Source: the human T2T-CHM13v2.0 reference genome, Homo sapiens. Taken from it: DNA of 64,000 nucleotides. The notes under the pieces are model-generated. The model saw only the letters and a program-made list of their open reading frames with translations, had not been told where the DNA came from and made no database searches. This document shows, piece by piece, positions 53,057 to 64,000 of this stretch (within the stretch, counting starts at the first letter, position 1; each line of letters begins with the position of its first letter). The position numbers and the translations under genes are program-made. The stretch lies in NCBI RefSeq assembly GCF_009914755.1, contig NC_060927.1. The stretch is one strand, 5' to 3'.

Positions 53057-54544
53057 TCACTAGCTTCTGTACCAATTTCTTGTCTTTAGTGTACTTTGGT
53101 AAAGTTTTATAATTAAAGCACATTTCTATCTTGAAGTTACCATCCAAGGTGGTTTCTGGATGCTAGTTTAATGATTTAAACACTAGTGGCTCACTAATTC
53201 ACTAGATAGTTTTTGTTCTGTTTTCTTTTTGCTGCCTGTTTTTATTTTTATAATTACATTGGCATGAATTTCCACTTTTCAATCTTCTAAGGAATATTTG
53301 AGATTTTTGCTTTTAAAACTTAATATTTCCTTTAAAATTCTGGAACTTCTTAAGTTGACATTTTAATTTTTTTAAATTAAATTCTGTAGTGCTCTTACAG
53401 AACCGAATATTCTTAATGTAAGTATAAGCATTACAAATCCTTGTAGAATAAATATTTTTAGCATTGTTACGAAGGTTAAAAACTGGGTTTTGTTCACTTA
53501 CATGTCTTAAAATTGCCTTAAAATGAATACAGAAATTTATATGGCAGCTTCTAGTACAGTTGACTGCTTTAACATGGCCTGACATCTAGTGATATTTTTC
53601 TCTCTTTCAAATTTCTGTTTTCTAGCTCTTAAATATCTGTTTCTCATTCTTATAAATCAAGATGCTTGTAGTATATAATTCTGAGACTAATTATCTGCTT
53701 TTGAATTTTTTCCACTGCAATTCATATAATGTGAAGATCTGTGAAAATGCTATGGGAAAACTAGCTTGGGTTCAAAATATCTTAACCAAATATACCCTGT
53801 AGGCTTCCCAAGAGTGACTGTCTGACAGTTGGTGACTGTAGAAGAAGCTGGTTGGGTGTTTTCTGGGCCAAGGAAATTTAAAATGTCTGCAATGTTATCC
53901 ATCATTACTTTTTGCTGTCAGAAGGGATGGCAGATTGAAGCTTTTCTCCCTATCGCATTTTCAGAGTTGCCGTGTCAGAGCTTCACCTTGGGTGAAGGAA
54001 GATGGGCAGGAATTCTGGAAACAGAACTCCTGAGACCTACCTCTGCCTGCCTAAAAATGTGGACTGACTCAGTATGAGAAATAACAAGAAAACATTTAAG
54101 TGTTTGGGGCAAATGTTAATCACTTTCTTTCCATAGGGCAAATAGGAGGTGCTTTTCTTATTTAATTACGCTGATAAATTTTGAGGGTTTTTTTTTTTAA
54201 GTGTTTTGTTTTGTTGTTTTGGAGTTGAGAGTAACTTTAATTTTTATGTGTATTCATGCTGTGTATTTATGGCTACAAGTCAAACTGATTTCATATGTAT
54301 GCATACATATAGTCTAATAGAGATGATTGTAATTCATTATAATCTTGAGTTTTTTAAATTAGTAAGATGGCTACTATTGCTGTTTTGGGGTTTTTAAGGT
54401 TAGATATATATCATGTTTAACTTTTTCCCCTATCTTTTTATCTTTACTTCTTTGTTCTCTACATGCTGTGTTTAAACCTTTCTGCTCTCTTCACCTGAAC
54501 ACATCGTGTTTGACATCATCTTTGTGTTGATGTTTATTACATAG

Positions 54545-54574
54545 TACCACAAAGCCTGCTCCACACCTGGATGG
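54545..54574 (+). CDS. NKTR: NKTR exon 7 (TTKPAPHLDG)
   Basis: acatag| ... TGG|GTAAGA; 30 nt, phase 2-2; HLDG motif. Confidence 0.96.
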
Positions 54575-55169
54575 GTAAGAGTTACATTCTTACTACATTG
54601 GGGAAGTGTTTGGGTGGCCAGCCATAAAGAGAGATTGGACCATGGTTGAGCCCTCAAGGGAGCGCTCTTGATGTCTGGCTTAATCTCATAGCAAAAGCTA
54701 TTCCTTAGGATCACAGAATATACTTGTTTTGAGACCCCATGGCTCTCATGTGACTGAAGGAGTCAATCTGTGCTCATGGATGGGCTTCTCAGCAATATAA
54801 TTCTTTTTATTTTTTATTTTTCTCTTCAGTTTTCCAAAATGGGTCGGATAGTAAGCAGTACAATATCATGTGTCCCTGTAAGGAAGGTTCCCAAGTACCA
54901 AGCGAAATCTGAATGTTACCAGACTCTTTACCCTAAAATGGTTAAGAACCATTGTTTTAAAGGCAGAAAACTGAGGCCCAGTTTGCATAATCATTTCCTT
55001 TTATGAAGCAGATTTCAAGTTCTCATTCCATTCTAGTTGCTTCATACAACAAACAGTTTGGTTTTATTTTCAGGTCTGTGGACATGTCATTGATTACAGT
55101 TAATTGTCTTGATTACTGTTTATAGCTTAATTATCAAACCAGTTGTTTCTTGAATTTGTATTATGACAG

Positions 55170-55315
55170 GGTGCATGTAGTCTTTGGACTGGTTATTTCT
55201 GGTTTTGAAGTAATCGAACAAATTGAAAATCTGAAGACCGATGCTGCAAGCAGACCATATGCAGATGTGCGAGTTATTGACTGTGGAGTACTTGCCACAA
55301 AATCAATAAAAGATG
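55170..55315 (+). CDS. NKTR: NKTR exon 8 (VHVVFGLVISG...VIDCGVLATKSIKD), end of cyclophilin domain
   Basis: gacag| ... ATG|GTAAGA; HVVFG and I.DCG motifs; 146 nt. Confidence 0.97.
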
Positions 55316-56060
55316 GTAAGAACTTTTTTGACAGTAGATGAAGCTAAGATGCAGGTAAAGCATTGCTGAAGACTGTAACTAGATTTGATTAGTGGAACTA
55401 GTGGTATAGCAATAGCCCTTGGTGCCCCTGAATCATACCCTACATGTTTAATCTTTTAGCATATCTTGTCAGATCTTACTTTTTCTTATTTCCTTGCCAC
55501 CAGCCTTATCCACACCACCAGTATTTTGTGTCTGGATTATTGCCGTAGCGTCGTAACTGTTTACCTTGCCTCCGTTCTATAATCTTTTGTCAGCAGCAAT
55601 AGCCTCCTAACTGGTCTCATTGCTTATATCCTAGGCCCGCTGTGGTCTGTCCTTAACAGCAACCAGAGTGATCCCTTTGAACCATAGTTTGCATTCATGT
55701 CACGCCTGCACAGAACCCTCCAAGGACTCCCATCTTCAATCATCCAAAGCAGAAGTCTTTATGGTGGTCTCTAAGGCCCTGGCTGGTCTGGCTCTCTGCT
55801 GTCTCTCTAAACTCTTTTCCCTTATTCATTGCCTTCCAGGCACATTGACCTTTTTTCAGACATGCCAACCACTCAGGGATTTTGTGCTGCCTATTCTCTT
55901 TGTCTGGAACACCCTTTGTTAAGATATCTGCATGACACTGTCCCTTGCTCTTAAGTCTCTGTTCAAATGTTATGTTAAACTACCCCTAGTCTTCCTATTC
56001 CCTTTACACTGCTTTGTTTTTCTGTCTTAGCACTTAATCATTTGTCATATTATGCAATTC

Positions 56061-56369
<309 letters not shown>

Positions 56370-56599
56370 TATTTCTTGTTACTTGACCCAACAAGAATAT
56401 AGGCTTCATAAAGACAAGGGACTTACTACCTTACAATCTTGCCAGTAATTTTATTATAAACTTGAAAAAAACTGTCTACATTTCATTTTTTGTTTGCTGT
56501 ATGTAAAGCATATTTTATGATATTCAGTAATCACATTTTTTACTCTGAAAGGTAGGCACTGAATTTAGTACTAATGTTTTTATTAATGTTTCTTAAAAG

Positions 56600-56822
56600 T
56601 TTTTGAGAAAAAAAGGAAGAAACCAACTCATTCAGAAGGCTCGGATTCCTCTTCCAATTCCTCCTCTTCTTCAGAATCATCTTCAGAAAGTGAACTTGAA
56701 CATGAGAGAAGCAGAAGGAGGAAACATAAGAGGAGGCCAAAAGTTAAACGTTCTAAAAAGAGGCGAAAGGAAGCAAGCAGTTCAGAAGAGCCAAGGAATA
56801 AACATGCAATGAACCCAAAAGG
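56600..56822 (+). CDS. NKTR: NKTR exon 9 (VFEKKRKKPTHSEGSDSSSNSSSSSESSSES...)
   Basis: cttaaaag| ... AGG|GTACGT; frame continuous; Ser-rich/basic; 223 nt. Confidence 0.93.
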
Positions 56823-57047
56823 GTACGTGTAAAACACCAATGTACTCTTACCTAAAAACAAACACTCTGGAATGGGAAAAGTATGTATAATTCTATAAAC
56901 TCAATTTTATTACCTGTTATTGAAAAAGGATAGCACTTTTTAAACTTTAAATTGAAATCTGGCAAATCTAGGAGTAGGTAGCATAGGCATTTCATTTCAA
57001 AGATTTGTGTGTTTTCAGTTTTCGGGTGAAAATAGTCCTAAGAACTC

Positions 57048-57340
<293 letters not shown>

Positions 57341-57578
57341 TCCTGGAACTCTTAAAATAAAAAAGTTAGGATCATTTAACAATTTTCCTATCAAAATTCT
57401 AGTCTTTGGGTTTTTCACTGGGTTGATATTGTTCTCTTTGTGAAAATCATATAACTCTTTTGAGTGAGACTTGTAAGCTATCGTTAATTATGCTGTTGTT
57501 TTAGTAACTAATTTTATGTGCTTTTATTATGAAATGCAAACATTATACATTTTAATCAGTGACTTGGTTTGTTCTAAG

Positions 57579-57734
57579 TCACTCTGAGAGGAGTGATACC
57601 AATGAAAAAAGGTCAGTTGATTCCAGTGCTAAAAGGGAAAAACCTGTGGTCCGCCCAGAAGAGATTCCTCCAGTGCCTGAGAACCGATTTTTACTGAGAA
57701 GAGATATGCCTGTTGTTACTGCAGAACCTGAACC
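57579..57734 (+). CDS. NKTR: NKTR exon 10 (HSERSDTNEK...IPPVPENRFLLRRD...EPEP)
   Basis: ttctaag| ... ACC|GTAAGT; 156 nt; IPP.PENRFL motif shared with PPIG. Confidence 0.94.
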
Positions 57735-58611
57735 GTAAGTAGGATGACTAAACTATTTATTTTTATTTCTCCGATAACACTGTTCCGTCAGCTCATTGCA
57801 TTCCACACTCATGTATGGAACATGATCCATGTTTGAAGCACATTGAAAGATAGTATGGGAGTATTAGATTAATGAATGATACGTAGGAAATATGGGGGAT
57901 ACCAGATTATTGAGTGATATGTACCCTACCTTTCAGAATTCACATTCTAGCAGGGAGAGGAGGTTGGGCAAGTTGGTCAGGGAAGCCCTTATTGGGGATC
58001 TGGAAAGATTTTATTCCTGATCTTCTTGCCTTTGCCTTTTATTAGAGGGGTGAGGTTTTAGTTATCAGAATAGAGAGTTAGTTGAATTCTTTGGATCCAT
58101 TTGAGTGATGAAGCATGGGTTCCAATTTGAATAGTGCATAATTAATTGCATGATGATTGGAGATACAATTTAGTATCATAAATAAGTTACTTTTGTTAAC
58201 TTGTTCAACAATTACTTCCTGCATTGGAAAAGTGAATGTGTCGCTTTAGATTTGGTCTGAGAAAATAGTATTTAATGTATTTTGTGTGTTAGACTCAAGT
58301 TTAGAATTATTGAAAGAAAATGTTTCATGAACAGAAATATCATAATGGCTGGTGTCATTGATAAGTTCCCTATGAAGAGTTATTTTGAAAGCTGAAAAGT
58401 ATAAGAGTCCTTATTTATAATTAGCTCTCTGCATAAAGTTATCATTTAGTTCATTAAATATTTTTTAAAGCCTGATATTGTCTTGTTTTAAAAAGCTATT
58501 GCAAAATGGCATGTATCTTTGAATTAATAGCTTAACATAATGTGTTTTCATTATTAAAAATTCTAGCTTCTTTGCTTATTTTTAATTTTCATCACAATCT
58601 TCTTTTCCTAG

Positions 58612-58699
58612 GAAGATTCCTGATGTTGCACCCATTGTAAGTGATCAGAAACCATCTGTATCAAAGTCTGGACGGAAGATTAAAGGAAGGGGCACAATT
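58612..58699 (+). CDS. NKTR: NKTR exon 11 (KIPDVAPIVSDQKPSVSKSGRKIKGRGTI)
   Basis: ttttcctag| ... ATT|GTATGT; 88 nt; SGRKIKGRG motif. Confidence 0.95.
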
Positions 58700-59219
58700 G
58701 TATGTGTGATAAGACTTTTTTTGATATTATGTATCTAATAAAAAATTTTTACCTATTTTCAAAGTCCTAGCGTTAATTTTAGATATAATACAAAATCTGT
58801 TCAAGGAACTAATTGTATTTTCCATGGTTATGGGAAGGTATTGCTGTTAGATCAAAGTATACTGCTGTGTTTGAATGGGTTTAATTGAGTATGAAAGGAG
58901 GAACATGTGAAACCATCAGTGAGTATGCTGAGAAATCATTAAGACTTTAAAAAGGAAAATTTTATGTGGATTACAGGTGAATCTCAGCCTTGCCCATCTC
59001 TTTTAATGCCTTGTTTGAAATAACTTCACCTGAACCTAAAATAAAAGTTAAAAACTAAAAAAAAAAAAAAAAAAAAAGAACTTTAGACCATCCTTTTGGT
59101 AACTTCAATCATTACCTTTGATGGGATGATCTGAGATTGGGTCTTTTACTTAACTCTGTCACATAGCAGACTGTCGTGGAGAGGCATTTTTTAAAATACT
59201 ATTGTTTTTGTTTTTAAAG

Positions 59220-59365
59220 CGCTATCACACACCTCCAAGATCAAGATCCTGTTCTGAGTCAGATGATGATGACAGCAGTGAAACTCCTCCTCACTGGAAA
59301 GAGGAAATGCAGAGATTAAGAGCATATAGACCACCTAGTGGAGAAAAATGGAGTAAAGGAGATAA
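59220..59365 (+). CDS. NKTR: NKTR exon 12 (RYHTPPRSRS...SETPPHWKEEMQR...GEKWSKGDK)
   Basis: ttttaaag| ... TAA|GTAAGA; 146 nt; SETPPHW motif. Confidence 0.95.
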
Positions 59366-59636
59366 GTAAGAACTTTGAGTATAAGCACAATCCTGTGTCT
59401 GTTATATTTTAAATGTTAAAGGGATTGGATACAATTCTGGACTTTTCATTAAAGATTCAGTGAAAGATTCACAGTCAGACTGTGACCAAAGGAAATACAT
59501 TTGGGACTACTTGATGAAAGTAGTACTGTTAACTAGTTGGGCTTTTAAATCAAAATCCTGTTTTCCTTAACAAAAACTATAAGCCTGTGTCTTTTAATGA
59601 CCTCTTAGTCAATTTTAGAAATAATTAGGACTTAGA

Positions 59637-59938
<302 letters not shown>

Positions 59939-60866
59939 TTATATAGCAGATTCTTTCCTAGCCAGCCAGGTCACTGATGAGTTCATTGGTAAATAGGAAA
60001 ACCTGCACTCGGTGTTCATGTTGACTGTTGATCGCAGAGACTTGCTTTTTTAGAAGTGTACACATCTCTTACCTTCAGTGATGTCCCACAGTTGAATATT
60101 TATTTTAGGAAGGGGATAGGCCCCAGAATAGCTAGTGAAAAATATACTAATGGGACCCTGTGTAATCTTCCATGGTAGTATTCTCTTTTTCTCTGGGGAC
60201 ATCCTGCAGAGTGGTTTGGAATTGTGAAAAGGAGGAAAAGGAATGCATCTGCTGTGTAGAAGCGGCTCAGACACAGTGGTGCTGAGGACTTTCAGTTCTG
60301 AGCCTTGACATTAACACTCAGATTGTAACCTGTATCTGTTTTTGTGTACTTTTTCCTCAATTTCTGTTTTAAGTAGTTTACAGTCTTAGGGGAAATCTGG
60401 ATTACCTGTCTGAGGTGGAGAAAAAACAAGCTTCATGCTAGTTTCAAGCAGCTATCCTGCATCTTCAGAAAATCAACAAATTGTTTGAGACCTTGGTTTG
60501 ACTCACCCTCAAAAACTGTCCTAGAGGCAGAGGGTTGTGAGCAGATAACAGCCAGGAACTCTTGTGATTTGAGTTCAGCAGTGTTCTTGTGATTAGTTGG
60601 TTTGCTTTTCAAAAACATTTTCCTAACAAATGTAAGGTTCTTTGCTTAGCTTAAAAAAAAAATCCTTTTGTAAGTGAATTTGTTAGTAGTTCTTAGTGTG
60701 TGTCTCTGAAAGTATAACAAGACCAGGCCTATAACTCTGATTCACGCTTCCTGCGTGTGCTTAAAGTGTTAATGGGGTCAAGAACTTTGTTGTTAACAAA
60801 GCTGTGTCTTAAGGTGTAGAAAACATGCTTATAAATCACCGCATGAATATTATGTCCTTTCTATAG

Positions 60867-63749
60867 GTTAAGTGACCCCTGTTCAAGCCGATGGGATGAA
60901 AGAAGCTTGTCTCAGAGATCCAGATCATGGTCCTATAATGGATATTATTCAGACCTTAGTACAGCAAGACACTCTGGCCACCATAAAAAACGCAGAAAAG
61001 AAAAAAAGGTTAAGCATAAAAAGAAAGGGAAAAAGCAGAAACACTGCAGAAGACACAAACAAACAAAGAAGAGAAGGATTCTTATACCGTCTGACATAGA
61101 ATCCTCAAAATCTTCCACTCGAAGAATGAAATCCTCTTGTGATAGAGAAAGGAGTTCTCGTTCTTCCTCATTGTCATCTCATCACTCATCAAAGAGAGAC
61201 TGGTCTAAATCTGATAAGGATGTCCAGAGCTCTTTAACCCATTCCAGCAGAGACTCATACAGATCAAAATCTCACTCACAGTCTTATTCTAGAGGAAGCT
61301 CAAGATCAAGGACTGCGTCAAAGTCCTCATCACATTCTCGAAGTAGATCAAAGTCCAGATCTAGTTCCAAGTCTGGGCACCGAAAGAGAGCATCAAAATC
61401 ACCAAGAAAAACAGCTTCTCAGTTAAGTGAAAATAAACCAGTTAAAACAGAACCTTTAAGAGCAACCATGGCACAAAATGAAAATGTAGTAGTACAACCA
61501 GTTGTAGCAGAAAATATTCCTGTAATACCACTGAGTGACAGTCCCCCCCCTTCAAGATGGAAGCCTGGACAGAAACCTTGGAAGCCCTCTTATGAGCGAA
61601 TTCAGGAAATGAAAGCTAAAACAACCCATTTGCTACCCATCCAAAGCACTTACAGTTTAGCAAATATTAAAGAGACTGGTAGCTCATCATCCTACCATAA
61701 AAGAGAAAAAAATTCGGAAAGTGATCAGAGCACTTATTCAAAATACAGTGATAGAAGTTCAGAAAGCTCACCAAGGTCAAGGAGCAGATCTTCTAGGAGT
61801 AGATCTTATTCCAGATCATATACAAGATCACGTAGTCTAGCTAGTTCACATTCAAGGTCTAGGTCTCCATCATCTAGATCTCATTCACGAAATAAATACA
61901 GTGATCATTCACAGTGTAGTAGATCATCTTCATATACTTCTATTAGCAGTGATGATGGAAGGCGAGCTAAGAGGAGACTTAGATCCAGTGGGAAAAAAAA
62001 TAGCGTTTCACATAAAAAGCATAGCAGCAGCTCTGAAAAGACACTTCACAGTAAATATGTCAAAGGTAGAGACAGGTCTTCATGTGTGAGAAAGTATAGC
62101 GAGAGCAGATCATCTTTAGATTATTCTTCAGACAGTGAGCAGTCAAGTGTTCAGGCCACACAGTCAGCCCAGGAAAAAGAGAAGCAGGGCCAAATGGAAA
62201 GAACACATAATAAACAAGAAAAAAACAGAGGTGAAGAAAAATCCAAGTCTGAACGGGAATGCCCTCATTCAAAAAAAAGAACTTTGAAAGAGAATCTTTC
62301 TGATCACCTTAGAAATGGCAGTAAGCCCAAAAGGAAGAATTATGCTGGTAGTAAATGGGACTCTGAGTCAAATTCAGAACGAGATGTCACTAAAAACAGT
62401 AAAAATGACTCCCATCCATCCTCTGACAAGGAAGAAGGTGAGGCCACATCCGATTCTGAATCAGAGGTTAGTGAAATTCACATCAAAGTCAAACCCACAA
62501 CCAAGTCGTCCACAAATACTTCACTGCCTGATGATAATGGTGCTTGGAAATCAAGCAAACAGCGCACATCAACTTCTGACTCTGAGGGGTCCTGTTCCAA
62601 TTCGGAAAACAATAGGGGAAAGCCACAAAAGCACAAACATGGGTCAAAGGAAAATCTTAAAAGAGAACACACCAAAAAAGTGAAAGAGAAATTGAAAGGG
62701 AAAAAAGACAAAAAGCATAAGGCTCCAAAACGAAAGCAAGCATTTCACTGGCAGCCTCCACTAGAATTTGGTGAAGAGGAGGAGGAGGAGATTGATGACA
62801 AGCAAGTTACTCAGGAATCAAAAGAGAAAAAAGTTTCTGAAAACAATGAAACCATAAAAGATAATATTCTAAAAACTGAGAAATCCAGTGAAGAGGACCT
62901 TTCAGGTAAACATGATACAGTGACTGTTTCATCAGATCTTGATCAGTTTACTAAAGATGATAGTAAACTCAGTATTTCTCCCACAGCTTTAAATACTGAG
63001 GAAAATGTGGCCTGTTTACAAAACATTCAGCACGTTGAAGAAAGTGTTCCCAATGGAGTGGAAGATGTGCTTCAAACAGATGACAACATGGAGATCTGCA
63101 CTCCTGATAGGAGTTCCCCAGCAAAAGTAGAGGAGACTTCCCCTCTAGGAAATGCACGGCTTGATACCCCAGATATAAACATTGTTTTGAAGCAGGATAT
63201 GGCAACGGAACATCCTCAAGCAGAGGTAGTAAAACAGGAAAGCAGCATGTCCGAAAGTAAAGTGTTGGGTGAAGTGGGGAAACAGGACAGCAGCTCTGCT
63301 AGCTTGGCTAGTGCTGGAGAAAGTACCGGGAAGAAGGAGGTGGCTGAGAAGAGCCAGATCAACCTCATTGATAAGAAATGGAAGCCCCTGCAAGGTGTGG
63401 GGAACCTGGCAGCACCTAATGCTGCCACATCCAGTGCTGTGGAAGTTAAGGTGTTGACCACTGTGCCTGAAATGAAACCACAAGGCTTGAGAATAGAAAT
63501 TAAAAGCAAAAATAAAGTTCGGCCTGGGTCTCTCTTTGATGAAGTAAGAAAGACAGCACGCTTAAACCGTAGACCAAGAAATCAGGAGAGTTCAAGTGAT
63601 GAGCAGACGCCTAGTCGGGATGATGATAGCCAGTCCAGGAGTCCAAGTAGATCTCGAAGTAAATCTGAAACCAAATCAAGACACAGAACAAGGTCTGTCT
63701 CCTATAGTCACTCAAGAAGTCGATCGAGAAGTTCCACATCATCTTATCG
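60867..63749 (+). CDS. NKTR: NKTR exon 13, 2,883-nt internal exon encoding RS/Ser/Lys-rich disordered region; gene continues beyond window
   Basis: ctttctatag| ... TCG|GTGAGC; contains the 948-aa ORF; phase 2-2 matches exon 12. Confidence 0.97.
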
Positions 63750-64000
63750 GTGAGCAATATTCTCTTTCCTTTCTTCTCCCAAGGAGAGTCTGTTATTGTT
63801 TAGCTTGGAAGAATATCAGAATTAGGGACAGAATCACTATTTCCAAATATCTGAAAGGAATAAGAAGTCTTGTTTTGTGTGATTCAGAGAGTAGATTGAA
63901 AACTTAGGGAGAGGGAATTTCAGGAGGAGAAATTTGGGCTGGGTTTACAAAACTATTACTATCAGTTTAAAGCTCTCTGTCACTAGAAATGAGTTCCCAT

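Noticed and set aside
60907-63753. 948-aa ORF as a stand-alone intronless gene
   Set aside because: Starts at TTG, is bounded by splice sites and is in phase with exon 12; it is NKTR exon 13

Overview
Human (primate) genomic DNA. I recognise it as the SEC22C - SS18L2 - NKTR locus (chr3p22) from the encoded proteins and recalled gene order. It contains three CpG-island promoters: (i) ~5.6-6.5 kb, probably the SEC22C promoter firing on the - strand, with its coding exons outside the window; (ii) ~14.6-15.2 kb, driving the complete 3-exon, 77-aa SS18L2 gene; (iii) ~24.3-25.4 kb, driving NKTR (cyclophilin domain plus RS/Ser-rich region). NKTR exons 1-13 can be spliced by hand into one open frame, including a 2,883-nt internal exon, and the gene continues past the window. 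Most other sequence is Alu, L1, L2, MIR, LTR and DNA-transposon relics, including one consensus-identical AluYa5. The most notable signal is an Alu-free ~10-kb block in NKTR introns 4-6 that looks like a splicing-control module. It holds a 28-nt poison exon behind a triple RBFOX (TGCATG) cluster, a 15-nt in-frame microexon candidate, a second 28-nt frameshifting exon candidate, a recursive AG|GT site, intronic polyA signals and a perfect 17-bp hairpin. Other observations: strong-context in-frame GUG codons upstream of both the SS18L2 and NKTR AUGs, in-frame exitron candidates in NKTR exon 13, and two ~55-bp locally templated insertions. Repeat boundaries and subfamily names are by eye and approximate.
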